Below are positions 46,745 through 56,425 of a DNA stretch of 59,509 bases, piece by piece (the stretch's first letter is position 1; every line of letters starts with the position of its first letter). A program made the translations under genes and the position numbers. The stretch covers positions 1 through 59,509 of the forward strand of contig SYOC01000111.1 of the NCBI GenBank assembly GCA_005804965.1, written 5' to 3'. Source of the DNA: Pseudomonadota bacterium. GTDB taxonomy: Bacteria > Desulfobacterota > Binatia > Bin18. Under the pieces are notes generated by a model that did no database searches, had not been told where the DNA came from, and saw only the letters and a list, made by a program, of their open reading frames with translations.

Positions 46745-47053
46745 ATGGGAATCCGAGGCATCCTGCTCTGGGCAATGGTGACGGGGGTTGTGGGCGGAGG
46801 GATTGGCTCTCTGCTCGCCAATCGCGCTGCTACCGACGAGTCAGCGCAGGCGAGGCAAGAACGCGATGCCTGTGGCATACGTGAGCGTGAATTGCGTGGA
46901 CAGTTGGAAGAATCCCTCGCCGCGCAGGCGGCGCTGACGCAAGAGAAGCGCCAGCTCGAAGCAATATTCACTGCGCGGATCAAACGATTGGAAGAGATTG
47001 CGAACCAGCTAGTCTCAGAACAACACTTGCGTCGTGAGGGCAGAGGCGAATAG
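46745..47053 (+). CDS. Hypothetical membrane-anchored coiled-coil protein
   Basis: N-terminal TM followed by an E/Q/R-rich heptad pattern. Confidence 0.6.
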   Translation: MGIRGILLWAMVTGVVGGGIGSLLANRAATDESAQARQERDACGIRERELRGQLEESLAAQAALTQEKRQLEAIFTARIKRLEEIANQLVSEQHLRREGRGE

Positions 47054-47090
47054 CCAAGCTGCATGCAGGCCAATGCCCACCGGACAGTGC

Positions 47091-47171
47091 GGGTGCATGA
47101 CGATTTCTTGGCAAAAGCCTTCTCAAACTCTCCCTGGATTCCCGCCTGCGCGGGACTGACGACTCTGCCGC
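47091..47171. repeat. Truncated family A element (reverse orientation)
   Basis: GGGTGCATGACGATTTCTTGGCAAAAGCCTTCTCAAACTCTCCCTGGATTCC is nearly the reverse complement of 10912-10962. Confidence 0.8.
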
Positions 47172-47438
47172 TTAGCGGGATTCTTCCCGACGCAAGATGC
47201 GATACTCCGACAGCAAGCGGCTCACGCGCTCTTGTTCCGAAGGATAACGCCGCGAGTGTAGGAAGAGGCGCACGAGTTCGTCTTCACCGGCTTCCTCTGC
47301 TGGTTGGAGCACCTTCATCAGCTCATCCACGAGGCTGGGAAACTTCTCGCTCGGGATGTAGTAGTGCGCCCAGCCAAATTCGCAATGGCGGTGTAGGATC
47401 TTCGCGATGGTTTTTTCGAGACTGTCTCGTCCCGCCAT
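47172..47438 (-). CDS. Hypothetical protein (88 aa)
   Basis: AGGAGG RBS; TTGACT-N17-TAAGGT promoter at 47473-47501. Confidence 0.7.
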   Translation of the reverse strand: MAGRDSLEKTIAKILHRHCEFGWAHYYIPSEKFPSLVDELMKVLQPAEEAGEDELVRLFLHSRRYPSEQERVSRLLSEYRILRREESR

Positions 47439-47518
47439 GGACGTGCTTCCTCCTTTTGCGTGAACCGTCGCCACCTTAGTAACTTAGGGAGAGGGAGTCA
47501 AGGCAAACGCCGTACGAG

Positions 47519-47657
47519 GCTTGTATGACGATTTCTTGGCAAAGGCCTTCGCAAACTCTTACTGGATTCCGGGTCTCGCAGTGCTCACCCGGAATGACGA
47601 GTGTCGCAGGGTCGTCATTCCCGCGCACGCGGGCATCCAGGATTTCGTTATGCACCC
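47519..47657. mobile_element. Full-length family A MITE-like copy
   Basis: GCTTGTATGACGATTTCTTGGCAAA ... CCAGGATTTCGTTATGCACCC with two internal hairpins. Confidence 0.7.
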
Positions 47658-47698
47658 AAGCCAGTCGGCAGCGTAGCCGGATGCCTCTACGCATCTTT

Positions 47699-48085
47699 TC
47701 ATCGCAGCCAGCCAGGGTTGCTGACGAGGAGCTTTTCTTTGACGGACGCGCGGACGTGGTCGAGCACTTGGGTGCGATACGCTCCGGCATCGGCACCGCC
47801 GCGACGAATACGTTCGCAGAGATCTTCCGTCCGTTGCCGCAACGCCTGCTTCAGGGCAGCACGCGACGGCGGTTGTTGTTCTACGTGCAGGAGGGCATTC
47901 AAACGCTCCCACTCGGCGGCAAGCTGCTCCTCTTCTTGATCGAGTTCGCGCATGACCGTGCGCAAGGCATTGGCGGCGACGCGACAATAAAACTGGCGCG
48001 AGCCGTCGAGGTGCGGCACAACCTCTTCATCAAGAAAGCGAGTCACGGCTTGCAGCAATTCTTCTCTACTGGGGCGGTCTTGCAT
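47699..48085 (-). CDS. DUF6285-like protein (partner of APH-family phosphotransferase)
   Basis: 'MQDRP...ELL.AV..FL', 'RVAANAL..V.RE', 'L...IR.G' and 'KL.V.NP' motifs. Confidence 0.8.
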   Translation of the reverse strand: MQDRPSREELLQAVTRFLDEEVVPHLDGSRQFYCRVAANALRTVMRELDQEEEQLAAEWERLNALLHVEQQPPSRAALKQALRQRTEDLCERIRRGGADAGAYRTQVLDHVRASVKEKLLVSNPGWLR

Positions 48086-49149
48086 TAGTCCTCCATCAGG
48101 TGCAGCAGTTCCCATTCGGTCTCAGAGGTGCGGCGGCCAATCGCAGCCAATTCGACACTCGTGCTCAGACCATCGAGAAACGGCTGCGTCATGTTGAGGC
48201 AAATGACGCCCCAGCGCAGGTTGCCGAAAATCTCCCAAAAATGCACGCTCGCGCGTTCCACGGGATAACCACCAGCTTCTTCGTAGGCTTGCCAGAAGGG
48301 TTCACGTGTACCTACGCCACCCACGGGCAAGGTATCGTTGCCGAAGCGCCAGGAGCGAACGCACATCCAACCGAGATCTTCTAACGGGTCGCCAATATGC
48401 GCCAATTCCCAATCGAGGATGGAGCGCAGTCCTTCGGGGCCGAACATCAAGTTGCCCATGCGATAATCACCGTGGACCAGCGTTCGTTCTTGATGCGCGG
48501 GGAGGTGCTGGCGCAGCCAACGAAACGCCAGCTCGAAGGCCGGGTGCGGTTCGCGTGCCATTGTTTGGTACATCTCTTCGTAACGGAGGATTTCTTCTTC
48601 CGCTGGAGAACGCCCGTGTTGTGGTCTAGGTAGGTCTTCCAGCTGATGTTTCTGAATCGACACGCTATGAATACGCGCGAGTCTGGTGCCCATCTGTTGG
48701 GTCATGACCTCACGCGCCTCCGCGTACGCAGGGTCGCGAAAAAGCCTGCGCGGGATCGTCTCTCCTTCGATGCGTTCCATGATGAAGAAGGGCACGCCGA
48801 GCCGATCATCGCCGAGAAAGTAAGGCTTGGGAACGAGTACTTTTTCTTGATGCGCGGCAGCAATGACGCGGAACTCCAAGCTGCGCTCCATGACCGCCTG
48901 CGGACCACCAGGAGGATCGCAGCGGAGAATCAACGGCAGTGTCTCGACTTGCCCGTCGGTCTTCTCCAGCACAGCATCAAACGACCACGTCTGCCGTGAC
49001 GCGCCTCCGGTCAGGAGGTGAAGAGCAATGACGCTGACCTTGCGCACCTGGTCCTGCGGCGAGTTGCGAACAGCCTGAGTTAGAAAATCCGCCAGCAGCG
49101 GGGCTAAAGAATCCGCAGAAAAGGGAGTCGGGGTAGTGGTGGTACTCAT
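48085..49149 (-). CDS. APH-family phosphotransferase (ACAD10 kinase-like)
   Basis: 'GGASR.TW.FD', 'HGDYRMGN' and 'LDWELAH.GDP.EDLGW' motifs. Confidence 0.92.
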   Translation of the reverse strand: MSTTTTPTPFSADSLAPLLADFLTQAVRNSPQDQVRKVSVIALHLLTGGASRQTWSFDAVLEKTDGQVETLPLILRCDPPGGPQAVMERSLEFRVIAAAHQEKVLVPKPYFLGDDRLGVPFFIMERIEGETIPRRLFRDPAYAEAREVMTQQMGTRLARIHSVSIQKHQLEDLPRPQHGRSPAEEEILRYEEMYQTMAREPHPAFELAFRWLRQHLPAHQERTLVHGDYRMGNLMFGPEGLRSILDWELAHIGDPLEDLGWMCVRSWRFGNDTLPVGGVGTREPFWQAYEEAGGYPVERASVHFWEIFGNLRWGVICLNMTQPFLDGLSTSVELAAIGRRTSETEWELLHLMED

Positions 49150-49212
49150 CAGGGCATCACACTCGGGAGGGGCACGGCTCCTGAGCTTGTCGAAAGGCGT
49201 GCCCCGGAGAAC

Positions 49213-50361
49213 TTAATTCTGCATAGGGAAGCCGTACAGCTTGGCGGCGTTTTCGTAGACGATTTTCCGCCGCGTGGCTGCCGGCAAATGCGCGACTTGC
49301 TTGGAGAGAAATTCTTGCGAGTCTGGCCACACACCGTCTGGATGCGGGAAATCTGACCCCCACATCACGTTGTTCACACCGACGCGTTCAATCTGATCGA
49401 TGCCAGACTGGTCCTGCTGATAGGTGGCGTACATCTGGCGATACCAGTAGTCGCTGGGCTTCATCTTCAGTTCGAGATCTTTGAACTGATCTTCCCACTC
49501 GTAGTCGAGGCGTTCGAGCACGTAGGGAATCCAGCCGATGCCGGCTTCACCAATGACGATTTTGAGATTAGGCAAGCGTTCGAGTGCGCCGCTGTAAATA
49601 ATCGCGGCCATCGCTTCTACCATCGACATCTGGAACCCGGCAAGCAGCGTGGCTAGCCACATGCGCCGCGAGCGGTGGTCGGATAGCCACGTCATGTCTT
49701 GCTTTGGTCCTAACGTGTGGAAATGCATGGGAATGCCACACTCGTGTGCCGCCTCCCACAACGGGTTCCAGTCGTTATGCCACAGCGGCATCATGCCGGG
49801 AGAGATGGGAATCTCCGCCCCGCGAATACCCATCTTGGCGCAGCGGCGTAGCTCGGCTCCAGCTTTGGCCGGAGAAAACGTCGGCAGGCAGGCAATCGTG
49901 GCCAGTCGCTCTGGGCAGGCTCTGCTGAAGTCGGCGGCGAAGTCGTTGTAGATATGGACCACGGTTTCGACAATTTCTGGATCTTGCAGGCGAAATGCCG
50001 CACCGAGAATACCGTAGAGGACTTCGGCGACCACGCCATCGCGGTCTTGATCGAGCAAGCGATATTTCGGGTCGGAGGTGCGGAAGATGCCACGCTTGTA
50101 ATCCTCGTACAGCCCTTCCGACGCCATGCGGTCCGAGCGGTAAATTTGTCCGGGGACGTACGGTCGCCCTGCTGAGCCCATGCCACCAGCGAGGCCGAGC
50201 GTGGCACCATTGTGCGCCACCCACATGCGTCCCTCGGGGGCGTCCACCACTTTCGGCATTTTATCTTTGAGCGCCGCCGGGGCATGCTCAGTAAACAGCG
50301 TCGGTGGCAACCAGGGGAGATCGATATGACCATCGGCTGAGATGACGGGATGATTGAACAT
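49213..50361 (-). CDS. Amidohydrolase family 2 protein
   Basis: 'ISADGH', 'DQD.DGV.AEV.Y', 'FH', 'E.GIGWIP' and 'WGSDFPHPD' motifs. Confidence 0.92.
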   Translation of the reverse strand: MFNHPVISADGHIDLPWLPPTLFTEHAPAALKDKMPKVVDAPEGRMWVAHNGATLGLAGGMGSAGRPYVPGQIYRSDRMASEGLYEDYKRGIFRTSDPKYRLLDQDRDGVVAEVLYGILGAAFRLQDPEIVETVVHIYNDFAADFSRACPERLATIACLPTFSPAKAGAELRRCAKMGIRGAEIPISPGMMPLWHNDWNPLWEAAHECGIPMHFHTLGPKQDMTWLSDHRSRRMWLATLLAGFQMSMVEAMAAIIYSGALERLPNLKIVIGEAGIGWIPYVLERLDYEWEDQFKDLELKMKPSDYWYRQMYATYQQDQSGIDQIERVGVNNVMWGSDFPHPDGVWPDSQEFLSKQVAHLPAATRRKIVYENAAKLYGFPMQN

Positions 50362-50550
50362 AGACTTTCCCTCCGTTGTGTTCAGATGTCATGACACCGC
50401 TTCGTTCTTTAGCAGAAAGCCCCTATCTCGGGAAAGCGGCAAGGCAGACAATCCTACCGGTGTCACCTGTCGCCGTTGCCGCCGCTGATGAGACACGCCA
50501 TAATGCAGCCAACCTGTTCCCCCACCAGCAAAAAGGAAGGAGCAACGAGC

Positions 50551-51330
50551 GTGGCGCACACATGGAGCGAAGGCGTGACCGAAGTGGCCGGAGGGAAAAT
50601 CCATTTCCTGACCAGCGGTGCCGGTGCACCAGTGCTGGTGCTGCATCGTGACGTGGGTAATCCCGGCTGGCTGCCGTTCTACGAACAATTGGCACAACAC
50701 TACACCGTGTACGTCCCCTCTCATCCCGGCTTCGACAAATCGGACCGCCCGGAGTGGATGCGCAACGTACGTGATTTGGCAGTGCTGTATCAATGGCTGC
50801 TGAAAGACATGAAGCTGCGCCCACTTTCCATCGTAGGCTTGGGGTTTGGTGGGTGGATTGCGGCGGAAATGGCGACCATGGATCACCATCAGCTTCGCAA
50901 GCTGGTGCTGGTGAGCGCTATGGGTATGAAGCCAACCCGAGGTGAGATCCTCGATCAATTTCTCTTGTATACGACGGATTACATCCGCACGGGCTTTCAC
51001 GACCCCAGCCACATGGATGCGCTGTACGGCAAAGAGCCCGAGGTCGATCAGCTCGTCGCCTGGGAGATTAACCGCGAGATGACCACACGCATCGCCTGGA
51101 AGCCCTACATGTTCAACGCGGCATTTCCGACCTTGCTGAAAAGCGTGGACACGCCGACCTTGCTCGTCTGGGGCAAGGAAGACCGGATTACGCCAGTCAA
51201 TTGTGGCGAACGCTATATGCAAGCCTTGCCACACGCCGAGCTGGCCACGCTGAATGCTTGCGGGCATTTTGTCGAGGTGGAGAAAGCCAACGAGCTAACG
51301 CAGTTGGTGGTGGAGTTTCTGGGAAAGTAG
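50551..51330 (+). CDS. Alpha/beta hydrolase-fold protein with atypical nucleophile elbow
   Basis: 'P.HPGF..S', 'GLGFGGW.A', 'PTL.VWG.ED' and 'GHF' motifs; GTG start after AAGGAG. Confidence 0.85.
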   Translation: MAHTWSEGVTEVAGGKIHFLTSGAGAPVLVLHRDVGNPGWLPFYEQLAQHYTVYVPSHPGFDKSDRPEWMRNVRDLAVLYQWLLKDMKLRPLSIVGLGFGGWIAAEMATMDHHQLRKLVLVSAMGMKPTRGEILDQFLLYTTDYIRTGFHDPSHMDALYGKEPEVDQLVAWEINREMTTRIAWKPYMFNAAFPTLLKSVDTPTLLVWGKEDRITPVNCGERYMQALPHAELATLNACGHFVEVEKANELTQLVVEFLGK

Positions 51331-51334
51331 GGAG

Positions 51335-51433
51335 GAATGAGTTTTTAGTGAGTAGTGGGTGGTTGTTAGTAATGAGTAAATAATTGTTAGTGAACAAGTT
51401 GCTTGCCTACTGAAATCCGACAACTAATAACTC
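51335..51433. repeat. AT-rich degenerate heptamer array with inverted ends
   Basis: TGAGTTT/TTAGTGA/TTAGTAA/TGAGTAA units facing ACTAATAACTCA. Confidence 0.5.
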
Positions 51434-51443
51434 AGGAGCTGTT

Positions 51444-52679
51444 ATGCATTTGATGTATTTCACCGAACAGCCGATGTCTGCGTACCCGCAAGAGGAAGGA
51501 GAAAAGTTCGGCTACACGGCGCTGCTCTTTCCCAACACCTTTTTTGACCGGCAAGCTGCCAGCCGCCTCTACAACGAACGGCTGGAGGAGTACGTCTATG
51601 CCGAAGAGTGCGGCGTTGATGGCATCATGTTGAACGAGCATCATAACGCGCCCTTCTGCATGCAGGCTAAGGTCAATGTCTTCGCGTCGCTTCTAGCGGG
51701 GATGACCAAGCGCGTGAAAATCGTTTTGCTCGGCAATCCGCTGCCGATCTCCGACAATCCCGTGCGGCTTGCCGAAGAATTGGCCATGATCGACTTGATC
51801 TCCAAGGGCCGATTGGTGTCAGGATTCGTCCGTGGCGGTGGCGTGGAGTCGTTGGCTACCAATGCTAACCCGGCGTTCAATCGCGAGCGTTTCAACGAAG
51901 CCCATGACCTCATCATTAAGACGTGGACTCAACCTGGGCCGTTCCGTTGGGAAGGAGAGCATTATCAACTGCGGGTGGTGAACCCTTGGGTATTGCCATT
52001 GCAACAGCCGCATCCGCGCGTGTGGATTCCTGGTGTCGTCAGCCGCGAAACGATCATCTGGGCGGCAGAGCACGGCTATCCGTACATCATTCTCAACGCG
52101 CCGATTCAAGAATGCCAAAAGATCTGGCAGCTCTACGACGAGACTGCCGCCGGCGTGGGTTTTACTGCCGGTCCGGAACATCGCGGGTATTTGATCCGCT
52201 GTCATGTGGCCGAGACCGAGGAGAAGGCCGTCGAGAATGCCAAACAGTTTATGTGGATGCAGGGCGAGTTCACCGGGCTGACGCATCCACTGTGGGCATC
52301 GCCGGCTGGTTATCTCGGCGCATGGGCACGTAAACCACTGGCCGAGTTTCGCGTTGGTCGCCGCAAACAAAGTATGCCGCCGTTCGAGAAACAGCTCCAA
52401 TCCATGGCGCTTATTGCCGGTACCCCCAAGCAAGTGATCGAGAAGCTACGCGTCATCGTCGAAGAAACACGACCGTCGATTCTGGCGCTGTGGGGCAACG
52501 ACGGCAATGTCTCTCATCACGATTCGATGTCGTGCATTCGCTTGTTAGGTCAAGAAGTCATGCCGGCGATTCGTGAGATTGGCGATAAACTCGGCCTCAA
52601 CAGTCCTTTCGAGGCTAACTCGGCAGTGAGCCTCGCGCACATGCAAAAAGGTGAGTCCACGGCGGTAGCCGCGTTGTAG
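51444..52679 (+). CDS. LLM-class flavin-dependent monooxygenase
   Basis: 'G.DG.MLNEHH', 'P.RLAEELAM.D..S.GRL..G.VRG' and 'P.Q.PHP.VW' motifs. Confidence 0.93.
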   Translation: MHLMYFTEQPMSAYPQEEGEKFGYTALLFPNTFFDRQAASRLYNERLEEYVYAEECGVDGIMLNEHHNAPFCMQAKVNVFASLLAGMTKRVKIVLLGNPLPISDNPVRLAEELAMIDLISKGRLVSGFVRGGGVESLATNANPAFNRERFNEAHDLIIKTWTQPGPFRWEGEHYQLRVVNPWVLPLQQPHPRVWIPGVVSRETIIWAAEHGYPYIILNAPIQECQKIWQLYDETAAGVGFTAGPEHRGYLIRCHVAETEEKAVENAKQFMWMQGEFTGLTHPLWASPAGYLGAWARKPLAEFRVGRRKQSMPPFEKQLQSMALIAGTPKQVIEKLRVIVEETRPSILALWGNDGNVSHHDSMSCIRLLGQEVMPAIREIGDKLGLNSPFEANSAVSLAHMQKGESTAVAAL

Positions 52680-52749
52680 TGATGATCGGAGTACACAAGC
52701 CGTACCCGGCTGGTTCTTTAGTAATCGTTTCTATAAGGAGGGTTTCATC

Positions 52750-53148
52750 ATGGGTGCTAGCGAGAATAAAAAACTCATTCAGGAGGCGTTTGCCGCTTGG
52801 GGTCGCGGCGACGGCGGTGCTTTCTTCGGCATCTTGGACGACAACGTACGCTGGACGGTGATTGGCACCTGTCCAGTCTCACGGACGTATAACAGCAAAC
52901 AGGAATTCTTCGAGGGCGCGACCAAACCCTTGAGTGCGAAGCTGGCCGGGCCGATTCAACCTACGGTTCGCAACATCATCGCTGAGGGCGACAACATCGT
53001 GTTGCAGTGGGAAGGCAAAGCCACGACCAAGTCGGGCAAACCCTACAACAACAGCTACTGCTGGGTCATGCGCATCGCCGACGGCAAGGTGAAAGAAGGC
53101 ACAGCCTATATCGACACCGAGTTGGTATCGGAGCTGTGGAAAGGGTGA
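52750..53148 (+). CDS. NTF2/SnoaL-like (ketosteroid isomerase-related) protein
   Basis: 'D...WTV.G', 'IAEGD..V....G.....G..YNN.Y' and 'Y.DT' motifs. Confidence 0.88.
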   Translation: MGASENKKLIQEAFAAWGRGDGGAFFGILDDNVRWTVIGTCPVSRTYNSKQEFFEGATKPLSAKLAGPIQPTVRNIIAEGDNIVLQWEGKATTKSGKPYNNSYCWVMRIADGKVKEGTAYIDTELVSELWKG

Positions 53149-53230
53149 ATCGTAGGGGCGCGGTCTTTGCGCCTCGCCCGGGAAGCCTATTTTCTTCCAA
53201 TTCTTTTTCCCGTGAGGGGAAGCAATCCTT

Positions 53231-54163
53231 ATGGCAGATATTTACGACATTGTTGTGATTGGTGGTGGTGCGGCAGGATTTACTGCTGGCATGTATGGGG
53301 CGCGGGATCGGCGACACACGCTGCTGATCGAGAAATTCGCAGCCGGCGGGCAGGTGCTCAACTGCGAGCACATCGAAAACTACCCCGGGTTTCCCGACGG
53401 CGTGGCCGGGTACTCGTTTGGTCCGATGCTGCAACAACAAGCCATGAACATGGGCTTGGAGATGAAAATGGCGGAAGTCCAGTCACTCCAACTGGATGGT
53501 ACGCTCAAGGTCCTTCAAACAGATGATGGCGAAGTGCGTGCGAAAACGCTGATTGTGGCGACCGGATCGAGTTTCACCACGCTGAACATCCCGGGCGAAG
53601 AGGAATTTCTCGGCAACGGCGTATCGCATTGCGCCTCGTGCGACGGCGCTTTTTTCATGGATCAGCCGGTGGCTGTCATTGGCGGGGGCGACGCCGCACT
53701 CGATGAAGGCTTGCATCTCACCCAATACGCCTCACACGTCACCATCCTTCATCGTCGCGAGGAGCTGCGTGCGTGTCAGCTTCTACAAGAACGCGCCCAC
53801 TCCACCGAAAAAATCTCCTTCCGCTGGAACACTGTTGTCCGCGCCATTGAAGGCGAAGGCACCGTGCAACATATCCAGATCGAAGATGTGAAAACCGGCG
53901 AACGGTCGCAACTCGAGGTTTCCGGAGTCTTCCCATTCCTTGGCCTCACGCCGAACACGCAATTTCTCAACGGCCTCGTGCCGCTCGACGAACGCGGGCA
54001 GATTCTCGTGGACCTGTGCATGCGCACGGCGACGCCGGGGATACTAGCGGCTGGAGATGCACGGCACGCCTCCGTGCGTCAGCTCGCCTCCTCCGCTGGT
54101 GACGGAGCCACAGCAGCACTCACCGCCATTCGGTATTTGCAGACGAATCAATGGGAGGGGTGA
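53231..54163 (+). CDS. trxB: Thioredoxin-disulfide reductase
   Basis: GGGAAG, IENYPGF, 'GVSHCASCDG', GGGD.A, HRR and AGD motifs. Confidence 0.9.
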   Translation: MADIYDIVVIGGGAAGFTAGMYGARDRRHTLLIEKFAAGGQVLNCEHIENYPGFPDGVAGYSFGPMLQQQAMNMGLEMKMAEVQSLQLDGTLKVLQTDDGEVRAKTLIVATGSSFTTLNIPGEEEFLGNGVSHCASCDGAFFMDQPVAVIGGGDAALDEGLHLTQYASHVTILHRREELRACQLLQERAHSTEKISFRWNTVVRAIEGEGTVQHIQIEDVKTGERSQLEVSGVFPFLGLTPNTQFLNGLVPLDERGQILVDLCMRTATPGILAAGDARHASVRQLASSAGDGATAALTAIRYLQTNQWEG

Positions 54164-54292
54164 GTGGATGATCGTCGGTAGCTGGTCGGGTTCAGTGTTT
54201 TCCTTCCTTTGGGTAACGAGTCGCGTCGATCGCGATCCAAAGAAATACTAAAGAGACAACGCCTAACAAAATAGCAACGAAAGTTTCCATAT

Positions 54293-54520
54293 CTATAACT
54301 CCCGTAAGCTTTGGATTTGCCGCTTAATGCGGCGATGCGTGAGGACAATCCCTACCGTGAACCATACGGCAGCAAAACCTCCCCCGAGCACCAGACGCGA
54401 ATCTGCACTTGCGACGTTGGAGAGCAGCCACGTGAACAGACTGATATTGGTAACGACCAAAATTCCAAGCCAAAACTTGAGGTAAGCGATCTGCTCCTTG
54501 GCTACATCAAGCTCTGACAT
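54293..54520 (-). CDS. Small two-TM hypothetical protein
   Basis: 'KEQI.YLKFWLGI.V', two hydrophobic helices, GGAGG RBS. Confidence 0.7.
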   Translation of the reverse strand: MSELDVAKEQIAYLKFWLGILVVTNISLFTWLLSNVASADSRLVLGGGFAAVWFTVGIVLTHRRIKRQIQSLREL

Positions 54521-54771
54521 GAATCCTCCAGACGGGCTTTCTGCCAAGTGTACACCAGATGGAGGCAAAAAACTTCAAACCTTAGAGTTCCGCACCTTAG
54601 AGAAAGCTCAGGTCTAAGGCGTGGATAAAGACCGCCGACCGCTTCATGTGAGTTGTGGACCAGAGCGGAAGCAGGAAATTGTCGTCATGAAAACTGGCGC
54701 AGGAGGTCGTCTACTCCCGACGGTGGTCACGAGCGAAGCGTTTTTGGCTTGGCCACTGGGAGGATAAAGTC

Positions 54772-55701
54772 CTACGCCGTGGCTTGCAATGAGCGGTCTG
54801 GGTCGTTTGTCAGGAGACGAGACGGCTTTCCTTTGAGAAAGTCGATGAACTCTTGCGCTGCCGGCGTGAAGCGCCGTCCGCGCTTGGAAATGATGGCCAG
54901 TGGTCGCATCAAGACTTCGTCGGCAAACTGAATCGCTTTGAGCGTCTCGTTTTTGACTTCTTGCACGATGGAGGGTTCGGGTACGATGGAGATGCCAGAC
55001 CCAATCTCGACGACGCGCTTGATAGTTTCGATGTTGTCAACTTCCATCATATATTGGACTTTGATACCGTGCTGGCGAAAGGTGCGGTCCAACGCCCGCC
55101 GCGTCGCGACATCGCGCTCGAAGCCGACAAATTTTTCTCCTTGCAGTTTCTTGATAGGAATGCGTTGAAGTTGAGCAAAGGGATGTTGCGGAGAACAGAT
55201 CAAGACGAGGCGGTCTTCGCGAAACGGCGTCGCGAGAATTTGTGGACGCTTGCCGGGATAAGCGACAATGCCGAGGTCCACGTCGCTGCGGCTGACCTCT
55301 TCGTAAATTTTGTTGGCGCGTGTGTACTCTAAATGCACGGTGACATCAGGAAACGCTTGCAGGTAGCGCTTCAGTGGCGCGGACAATTCGTACAGCCCCA
55401 CGCTGTAGACGGTCGCGACCCGGACTGTCCCCGTCACCGAACGCGATAACGTCTGGAGTGAATCTTCGATTTCTTTGTAGCGCTGGACGATTTCTTTGCC
55501 AGCTTGGTACAGGACTTGTCCAGCCTGCGTGAGGCGGATGTGCCCCTTTGACCGTTCGACAAGTTCACGGCCATAGCGGTCCTCCAAGCTGCGGATTTGT
55601 TGGCTGACCGCCGATTGGGTGATGAAATTCTTTGACGCCGCGAGGGAAAAGCTCCCTGTTTCCGCGAGGTCACAAAAGACTTTAAGCGTCTCAATATGCA
55701 T
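54772..55701 (-). CDS. LysR-family transcriptional regulator
   Basis: 'F..LAE..SFS.AA....TQSAVSQQI..LE' HTH; substrate-binding domain 'ETIKR.VE.G.GISI'. Confidence 0.95.
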   Translation of the reverse strand: MHIETLKVFCDLAETGSFSLAASKNFITQSAVSQQIRSLEDRYGRELVERSKGHIRLTQAGQVLYQAGKEIVQRYKEIEDSLQTLSRSVTGTVRVATVYSVGLYELSAPLKRYLQAFPDVTVHLEYTRANKIYEEVSRSDVDLGIVAYPGKRPQILATPFREDRLVLICSPQHPFAQLQRIPIKKLQGEKFVGFERDVATRRALDRTFRQHGIKVQYMMEVDNIETIKRVVEIGSGISIVPEPSIVQEVKNETLKAIQFADEVLMRPLAIISKRGRRFTPAAQEFIDFLKGKPSRLLTNDPDRSLQATA

Positions 55702-55814
55702 ATTTACTAATAATATAATGAAGCATTTTTTTCTTTACTTGTAGCGGATCTTTCGCTATCCTGCCACCTCAATCCACAACACGCTAGTCCGAATGTCGTT
55801 AGAGGAGAGTTGCC

Positions 55815-56195
55815 ATGTTCGAGCCCGACACCCTCTTGCCCGAGCAGTTTTTTACCTTGATGGGAAGACGCCCGCTGCAAGGTGAAAAACGTTTGCTCTT
55901 GGCTATGCTAGAGGATGCCGTTCATTGTTTCCAGACCTACCTGCCAGCACGCAAGCCCCATGAACGCCGTCTCTTTCAGGAAGCCGAGGAATGGATCGAT
56001 TCCGCTGATGCCCATTGGTATTTCTCGTTCGAGAATATCTGCGACATTTTGGGCATCCACCCTGGACGTCTGCGCACGGCTCTGAAGCAATGGAAGGAAA
56101 AGCAGACGCTCTTGCTTCTTCATCAGGTGCAAAACGGTGGGCCGCTCGTGAACGTTGTGGCAGAGCGTAAAGATTTCTCCCGCGTTCAAGCGTGA
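55815..56195 (+). CDS. Hypothetical protein
   Basis: GAGGAG RBS; 'LLP.QF', 'EKRL.LA.LEDA', 'A..W', 'FSFENIC..LG..P' motif-like segments; divergent from lysR. Confidence 0.75.
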   Translation: MFEPDTLLPEQFFTLMGRRPLQGEKRLLLAMLEDAVHCFQTYLPARKPHERRLFQEAEEWIDSADAHWYFSFENICDILGIHPGRLRTALKQWKEKQTLLLLHQVQNGGPLVNVVAERKDFSRVQA

Positions 56196-56425
56196 CCCCT
56201 TCGCTGACCGTTTCCCCTGTCGCTCAAGTCTAGCGGCGGGGACAGCCCTCTTGCTCTTGCGGGTTCCTCTCTTGCTTCCCTCCGCGCCTCTCGTCTGTCC
56301 ATTTTCTTCGCTGTTTTCGCTTGTTTTCGCCTAGAGGACTCGTGTAGATTGACCCTACGCGTAGCACTCGCTTTGGGAGCGACTGACGGACGGATAGCCA
56401 ACATCGACACTCATGAGGAGGGACT

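Noticed and set aside
50389-51267. Long antisense ORFs (e.g. 50389..51267, 7952..8650, 31869..32564, 58433..59116)
   Set aside because: Shadow frames opposite well-supported genes in GC-rich DNA, with no motifs
56357-56373. Sigma54 promoter upstream of the HPF gene (TAGCAC-N5-TTGG)
   Set aside because: Both the invariant GG (-24) and GC (-12) are mismatched
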